The notes under the pieces: generated by a model
The model's database searches: none
What the model was told of the DNA's origin: nothing
What the model saw: only the letters and a program-made list of their open reading frames with translations
Program-made: the position numbers and the translations under genes
Assembly (NCBI GenBank): GCA_050253075.1
Contig: JBFWJS010000004.1
Location: 128,001-192,000 of the forward strand
Length of the DNA: 64,000 bases
From: Deferribacterales bacterium
GTDB lineage: Bacteria > Chrysiogenota > Deferribacteres > Deferribacterales > Geovibrionaceae
Direction of reading: 5' to 3'
Part shown: positions 58,911 to 64,000 of the stretch, piece after piece
Layout of the letters: each line of letters opens with the position of its first letter
Position numbering within the stretch: the first letter of the stretch is position 1

Positions 58911-61502
58911 TTATGAAGAAATAATTACGAAGGAAGACCAGTAGTAAGGGTTGCTGTACCCTTTGAATTCTCTCTGAGTGTGTGATTTGGATTTGATAGC
59001 CCTGTCTTCCGAGGCACCGTCGGCAGACGCTGACTGAAGCAGTTTTTTCGCTTTATAAAGCGCATCGGACACATTCATGCCATTTGCTACATTTTTATAA
59101 AAAAGCTCCATAAGGCTCTTTGTCGCCATCGAGTCCACAGGCCATAACGAAGCGACAACAGTGTCTGCCCCCGCCAGTTTAAAAGCTCTGGCGATTCCTG
59201 TGACCCCCTCACCCCTGAAATACTGCCCGCTGCCCGTATTACAGGCCGACAGCACCACAAGACTGGAATCCAGCTTAAGAGAGGCTATCTCGGACGCAGT
59301 AAGGAGAGAATCCTCACCCTTTTCACCGGAAAGCACAAGAGCAGGCTCATCCATGTCTGGCAGTTCACCGCCGAGTATGCCGTGGGTGGCGAAGTGTATC
59401 ACGCTGTATTTCGAAAGAGGCATAGACTTTAAAAGGCTCTCAGAGGCATCCTTTCCCAGGAGGAAATCCGCACTGATCATGCCTGCGGCGACGGCTTTGA
59501 CCTCTTCTCTTGTCTCAGGCAGCGGAGCGAAATAGCCCGCAATGGCTGCGGAACGCTTAAGCGTCACCTGCACCCGAGATATCTCTTGCGGTTTAGTGTC
59601 ATACACAGGGTCTGCAACCCCGAGAAAAGTAAGGCGTGTGTCGCTATCTGCTTTCTTCAGCTTATCCAGTGTTACCATATAGTCCACCTTATAATCCTCA
59701 AAAAGCATCTTCCCGCCTATGGGGTATATATCCAGCGGGAGAATCGACAGCTCTCCGTCTATGACGGCGTGTATATTACCCTTTGATCTATACGATGCAA
59801 TGGGCTCTATTATCTCTGATGTCAGTTTTTTCAGCACATCCATGTCATAGACATTCTGATTTATAAGCTTATCCTTGAATACCTTAAGCGACTTGCCGAA
59901 TCCTTTCGGTTTACTGATAATGCTTATCCCTTTATCCGTATTTGTGATGCCCGCCGTGATTATCTTATCCTCTGCGTCTATCACCATGTATATAAGGTCA
60001 TCATCACCGAGGGATGCCTGTATAGCATGTATATCTGCCACAGTCTGCTGACCGCTCAGCTCTCTGAACTGTCTGGAGTTCATCATCTCCACAGCATTCA
60101 GGAAAGACTCAAAGCCCGCAGTATCTTTACGAACCATAAAAGCCATAGCACGGTTTTCGATCAGTCCTATATATGCATTCTTAGAATAACCTCTGAAAAA
60201 TCCTCGTCTGAGCTGTACAGGAAGGCTCTCACGCACTTTCTCATAATAATTTATCAGCTCGGTGTATGTGCCGTCTGCCAAGGCAAAATTCATCCTGCGT
60301 TTGGCCACTAGTGCTTTTGAAAGTATCTGCATCGGAAAGTCATCATCTATCTTATCTATATATGAATACTCTTTTGGGAGTTCACTATAGTACATTTGCA
60401 TTTCGTTGTATCTTTTTTCAGCTTTTTCAAGCTCTTTGGCTGATTCATCGTAATTTCCGAGTTCTGAGAGTATTTCAGCCCTGTAAACGCTTTCCAGATA
60501 TGCATAGCGCACAGAGATCCTTTGAACTACACTGGTCTCAGTCGACGTGGTTCCGCCTGCTCTATGTATCTCTTTGCTAGGTATATTATTAGCGTCCAGA
60601 ATCGAAAGACTGCCGCTGCCGTTGGACCTTACAGCCTTTTCAGCTTCAGAAAGAGCTCTCAGGGCGCGTTCTTTGTCACCGTTTACAGCAAAAAATCTGG
60701 CAAAATTATACATAACCTCATAATTAGTGTAGTAATGTTCATATGCTATATTTTTTTTGGAATAACTTATAAAGGACGTCTCTGAAGACATCACTCCGGC
60801 GAGCTGCATAAAAGGCATGTAATAATACTTATCATACGACCGGATAAGTATATCAAAAATTTTCTGTTTATCAGCAAGTAGCTTATGCGAATCACCCTCT
60901 ATGAGGGCAAGTCTGATAAGCGCTTTGCAGTATTCAGCATAAACTATTATCGAGTACGGGTCTGATTCCTCGATATCATCCGCATCAGTGATAAAAAAGT
61001 CATCAATTACAGCTTTCAGGCTGCTTATAAGTTCTTTTGCAGCTTCTGCCTGTCCCAATGTTAAGTAGATGTCGATGAGCCGGATAGAAGATTCGGCCTG
61101 TACATCAACCAGATATATTCTGGCCGAGTCATCAACCAGACTTCGAAGATAGGGGACGGATTTATATATCCGCCCCACTGAATTGTAATATGCGACCACC
61201 GCATCACACAGGTTTCTATAACCATACTGGGATGCTATCATAAATTGCTGTTTTGCCCCTTCTGCCTGCCAAAGTTCGCTCCCTCTGTCGAAAAGAGCCC
61301 TGATGCGCTCATCTTGAGCATCGCCGTCATTCATAGGGTTCAGCTTTGTGATGTCTATCACCACCTGATCAAAGCTGAGTGCCGTATCAGAATAGATTCC
61401 GGTACGTTTCTTAATGTCCAACTGATACTCAAAACCTGTTTCAGCATAAACATTTATGCCAAGAAACAAGCAGAAGGTAATGGCAAAAGCAATTTTACTC
61501 AT
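58911..61502 (-). CDS. Exported CHAT-domain (caspase-like) protein
   Basis: Signal peptide, helical N-region, IHFATHG and VVLSACNTG dyad, SLWPVD, NPYYWSSF. Confidence 0.9.
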   Translation of the reverse strand: MSKIAFAITFCLFLGINVYAETGFEYQLDIKKRTGIYSDTALSFDQVVIDITKLNPMNDGDAQDERIRALFDRGSELWQAEGAKQQFMIASQYGYRNLCDAVVAYYNSVGRIYKSVPYLRSLVDDSARIYLVDVQAESSIRLIDIYLTLGQAEAAKELISSLKAVIDDFFITDADDIEESDPYSIIVYAEYCKALIRLALIEGDSHKLLADKQKIFDILIRSYDKYYYMPFMQLAGVMSSETSFISYSKKNIAYEHYYTNYEVMYNFARFFAVNGDKERALRALSEAEKAVRSNGSGSLSILDANNIPSKEIHRAGGTTSTETSVVQRISVRYAYLESVYRAEILSELGNYDESAKELEKAEKRYNEMQMYYSELPKEYSYIDKIDDDFPMQILSKALVAKRRMNFALADGTYTELINYYEKVRESLPVQLRRGFFRGYSKNAYIGLIENRAMAFMVRKDTAGFESFLNAVEMMNSRQFRELSGQQTVADIHAIQASLGDDDLIYMVIDAEDKIITAGITNTDKGISIISKPKGFGKSLKVFKDKLINQNVYDMDVLKKLTSEIIEPIASYRSKGNIHAVIDGELSILPLDIYPIGGKMLFEDYKVDYMVTLDKLKKADSDTRLTFLGVADPVYDTKPQEISRVQVTLKRSAAIAGYFAPLPETREEVKAVAAGMISADFLLGKDASESLLKSMPLSKYSVIHFATHGILGGELPDMDEPALVLSGEKGEDSLLTASEIASLKLDSSLVVLSACNTGSGQYFRGEGVTGIARAFKLAGADTVVASLWPVDSMATKSLMELFYKNVANGMNVSDALYKAKKLLQSASADGASEDRAIKSKSHTQREFKGYSNPYYWSSFVIISS

Positions 61503-62454
61503 ATTCCATCTTCATCATATTGAGGATGATTGAGCCATCTTCATTTTTAACCACTACACTAAAAGTACTAGGCATATTTTTAGGTCCGATATTGCCGGAT
61601 TTAGTACTCCATGAATACTTATAGAAAGTTATCGCATCATCACTGTTATCTGCGCTGTCTCTCTTTTTCTCAAAATATGCGAGCATATTTTCATTCTTTT
61701 CAAGGTCTCTCTTGACCCTGTCAGTGTAATCCTTCATCTTTGGATTGTCGCCATAGTCCTCGAGCTGTTTCTTTTGGAGAGCGATAGTGTCTTTCATTGT
61801 TTCGATTGCATCCTCATTGGACTGCTTAACCAGGTTATCTGTTTTAGTCCATTTATCGCTTTGCAAAAGAAAAGAATCGATGGCTGCTTTGATATCCTCT
61901 TTGACCTTACCAGGGTTTGCCGTATCCATAGGGAACATGAAGTACAGATACTTGCTTGTCTTTCTGGAAAGATACTGAGTTGTGTTTCCCTGTATTTCTC
62001 TGATAATACCGATAGAAGCACCTTCTGGAAGATCTGCAACTTCCCAATAAGGACGCTTGAGATCCTCTTCAGTACTTTTTATCATCTGAGCCAGCATAGC
62101 CTTGTTCATGCCTGATTGTTTCGCTGACTTCATCAGACCTCTTCTGGCAAGTGCAATATCTTTTTCATACTGGGCTGCCGCTTCAGGGTTAGTAGCAGGA
62201 TCCATATATTTAGCAGGTATTGCATCAGGGTTAGAGCTTACACCATCAATGTAATAAAACAGCTTCTTTGCCAGAGGGGTCTGAGCGTACTGCTCAAGAG
62301 GCTTCAGGTCAGGCGGTGTCGACTGCAGATTAAGCCTTGTGGCATTCTTTTTCTTAATTTTCTGAACGTTGTTATATGCCATCATTGTAGTGCCGCATCC
62401 GACAAGCAATGTTGACATCATTAATAAAACAAGAAACACGGTAATTCTTTTCAT
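61495..62454 (-). CDS. Hypothetical lipoprotein
   Basis: Lipobox LVGC; overlaps the CHAT gene start. Confidence 0.7.
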   Translation of the reverse strand: MKRITVFLVLLMMSTLLVGCGTTMMAYNNVQKIKKKNATRLNLQSTPPDLKPLEQYAQTPLAKKLFYYIDGVSSNPDAIPAKYMDPATNPEAAAQYEKDIALARRGLMKSAKQSGMNKAMLAQMIKSTEEDLKRPYWEVADLPEGASIGIIREIQGNTTQYLSRKTSKYLYFMFPMDTANPGKVKEDIKAAIDSFLLQSDKWTKTDNLVKQSNEDAIETMKDTIALQKKQLEDYGDNPKMKDYTDRVKRDLEKNENMLAYFEKKRDSADNSDDAITFYKYSWSTKSGNIGPKNMPSTFSVVVKNEDGSIILNMMKMEYE

Positions 62455-62550
62455 ATTTTCCTCCTAGATATTTACACTTTGTAACAATACCATATATGCA
62501 TTTATACATGTATGCAAATTTCAAAATAGCGGTAATTTTCACAAAGGCAT

Positions 62551-62577
62551 AAAAAAAGGGCAGCCGAAGCTGCCCTT
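62551..62577 (-). terminator. Terminator after ugd
   Basis: AAGGGCAGC-cgaa-GCTGCCCTT preceded by an A run. Confidence 0.8.
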
Positions 62578-62585
62578 GTGGTTGA

Positions 62586-63917
62586 TTATTTAGGCTGAAC
62601 ACCTATCTGGAAGTAATCGAAGCCGAGCTCTTTCAGTCGCTTTCCGCTGTACTGGTTTCGTCCGTCGAATATCACAGGGTTCTTAAGTCTCTTTTTGATC
62701 TCTTCGAAATCAGGGCTTCTGAACTCTTTCCACTCGGTGACGAGTATCATAGCATCGCACCCTGTGAGAGCAGTATACTTGCTGTCGAGGTACTCTATCT
62801 CCTTCACATCTTTCAGATAGCATGTCTGAGCTTCGTGGTATGCTTTCGGGTCATATGCCTTGATTTTTGCGCCTTTAGCCACCAGTTCTTTGATAATGGT
62901 GATAGATGCCGCATCGCGCATATCGTCTGTCTCAGGCTTAAATGAAAGCCCCCAAACGGCAAATGTCATACCGCTGAGGTCTTCGCCGAATTTCTTGATG
63001 ATCTTTTTAGGGATGCTCTTCTTCTGCTCATAGTTTACTTCCTCCACAGAGGCAAGCAGTTTCGGCTCGTATCCGTTAACCTTTGCAGTGCGCACGAGAG
63101 CCTGAACATCTTTAGGAAAGCAGCTTCCGCCGTATCCGCATCCCGGGTAGATGAAGCTGTATCCGATACGGGAGTCGCTTCCTATACCGATGCGAACCTT
63201 ATTAACGTCTGCGCCTACGAGCTCGCAAATGTTTGCTATCTCGTTCATGAAGGATATCTTTGTGGCGAGCATAGAGTTCGCCGCATATTTTGTCATCTCG
63301 GATGAACGCACATCCATAGAGATAAATCTTTCGTGGTTTACAGTAAACGGAGCGTAGAGCTCTTTCATCACTTCGAGAGCGCCTTCGTTGTCGGTACCGA
63401 CGACAACCCTGTCGGGCTTCATAAAGTCCGCAACTGCCGCACCCTCTTTGAGGAATTCAGGGTTTGATATCACGTCGAAAGTGATGTTCGCACCACGCTC
63501 TGCGAGAGCTTTTGAAACAGCCTCACGCACTTTATCCGCTGTGCCCACGGGCACTGTCGATTTGTTTATGATGTAGGTGTGCTTTGTGATGTGTCGGCCT
63601 ATCTCGGAGGCAACAGCCAGCACATACTGAAGATCTGCGCTTCCGTCCTCACCCATAGGTGTACCAACTGCGATGAAGCAGATGTCTGTCTTGTCCAGAG
63701 CACCCTTTATATCAGTGGTGAAGTTGAGCCTCTCAGCCTTGTTATTCTCTATCACCATGCGCTCGAGCCCGGGCTCGTATATTGGGATGATGCCTTCGTT
63801 CAGCTTATCGATCTTATCTTTGTTAACATCGACGCATATTACATAGTTTCCCATCTCTGCAAAACATGTTCCTGTTACGAGACCAACGTATCCCGTTCCT
63901 ACTACTGAGATATTCAT
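62586..63917 (-). CDS. ugd: UDP-glucose 6-dehydrogenase
   Basis: GTGYVGL, SNPEFLKEG, GYGGSCFPKD and FKPETDDMR motifs. Confidence 0.95.
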   Translation of the reverse strand: MNISVVGTGYVGLVTGTCFAEMGNYVICVDVNKDKIDKLNEGIIPIYEPGLERMVIENNKAERLNFTTDIKGALDKTDICFIAVGTPMGEDGSADLQYVLAVASEIGRHITKHTYIINKSTVPVGTADKVREAVSKALAERGANITFDVISNPEFLKEGAAVADFMKPDRVVVGTDNEGALEVMKELYAPFTVNHERFISMDVRSSEMTKYAANSMLATKISFMNEIANICELVGADVNKVRIGIGSDSRIGYSFIYPGCGYGGSCFPKDVQALVRTAKVNGYEPKLLASVEEVNYEQKKSIPKKIIKKFGEDLSGMTFAVWGLSFKPETDDMRDAASITIIKELVAKGAKIKAYDPKAYHEAQTCYLKDVKEIEYLDSKYTALTGCDAMILVTEWKEFRSPDFEEIKKRLKNPVIFDGRNQYSGKRLKELGFDYFQIGVQPK

Positions 63918-64000
63918 TACATTCCACCTTTCTCTTTCAATAATCTGTCAAAGTATTCGACAGTTTTCACAAGCCCCTCTTCCAGCATGATAGAAGGCTC
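63917..64000 (-). CDS. 3' end of a probable NAD-dependent sugar epimerase/decarboxylase
   Basis: EPSIMLEEGLVKTVEYFDRLL C-terminal motif; stop overlaps the ugd start. Confidence 0.6.
   Translation of the reverse strand, partial: EPSIMLEEGLVKTVEYFDRLLKEKGGM

Noticed and set aside
57588..62454. Second tRNA-anchored island at tRNA-Met
   Set aside because: No duplicated tRNA 3' end and no integrase were found in the window.

Overview
Bacterial chromosomal segment. Gene content and proteins suggest Deferribacterota (Denitrovibrio-like); this is an inference, not a search result. The backbone carries gatCAB, mce, glmS, two parvulin PPIases, mfd, gmhA, aroF, secDF-yajC-tgt-queA-thrC-ndk, ispF, ugd, tRNA-Phe and tRNA-Met. 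A ~16.5-kb AT-rich integrative element sits in tRNA-Phe, bounded by a 48-bp direct repeat at 16220-16267 and 32677-32724. It encodes a large tyrosine integrase, a small stand-alone tyrosine recombinase, a PolA-superfamily-like polymerase, a clamp-loader-like AAA+ ATPase, a RES protein and cargo genes. The most notable observation is five directly oriented 27-bp sites inside this element. Each has 10-bp inverted arms around a conserved asymmetric 7-bp spacer and lies at a gene 3' end, dividing the element into modules like a recombinase-driven cassette system. Other observations: a second island-specific palindrome (4 copies), a Phe/Trp/Tyr leader-peptide attenuator upstream of aroF, a REP-like palindrome inserted in frame inside queA, a tgt gene with no canonical start codon, a 174-bp tandem element that duplicates a gene 3' end, and a frameshifted binding-protein gene upstream of a histidine kinase.
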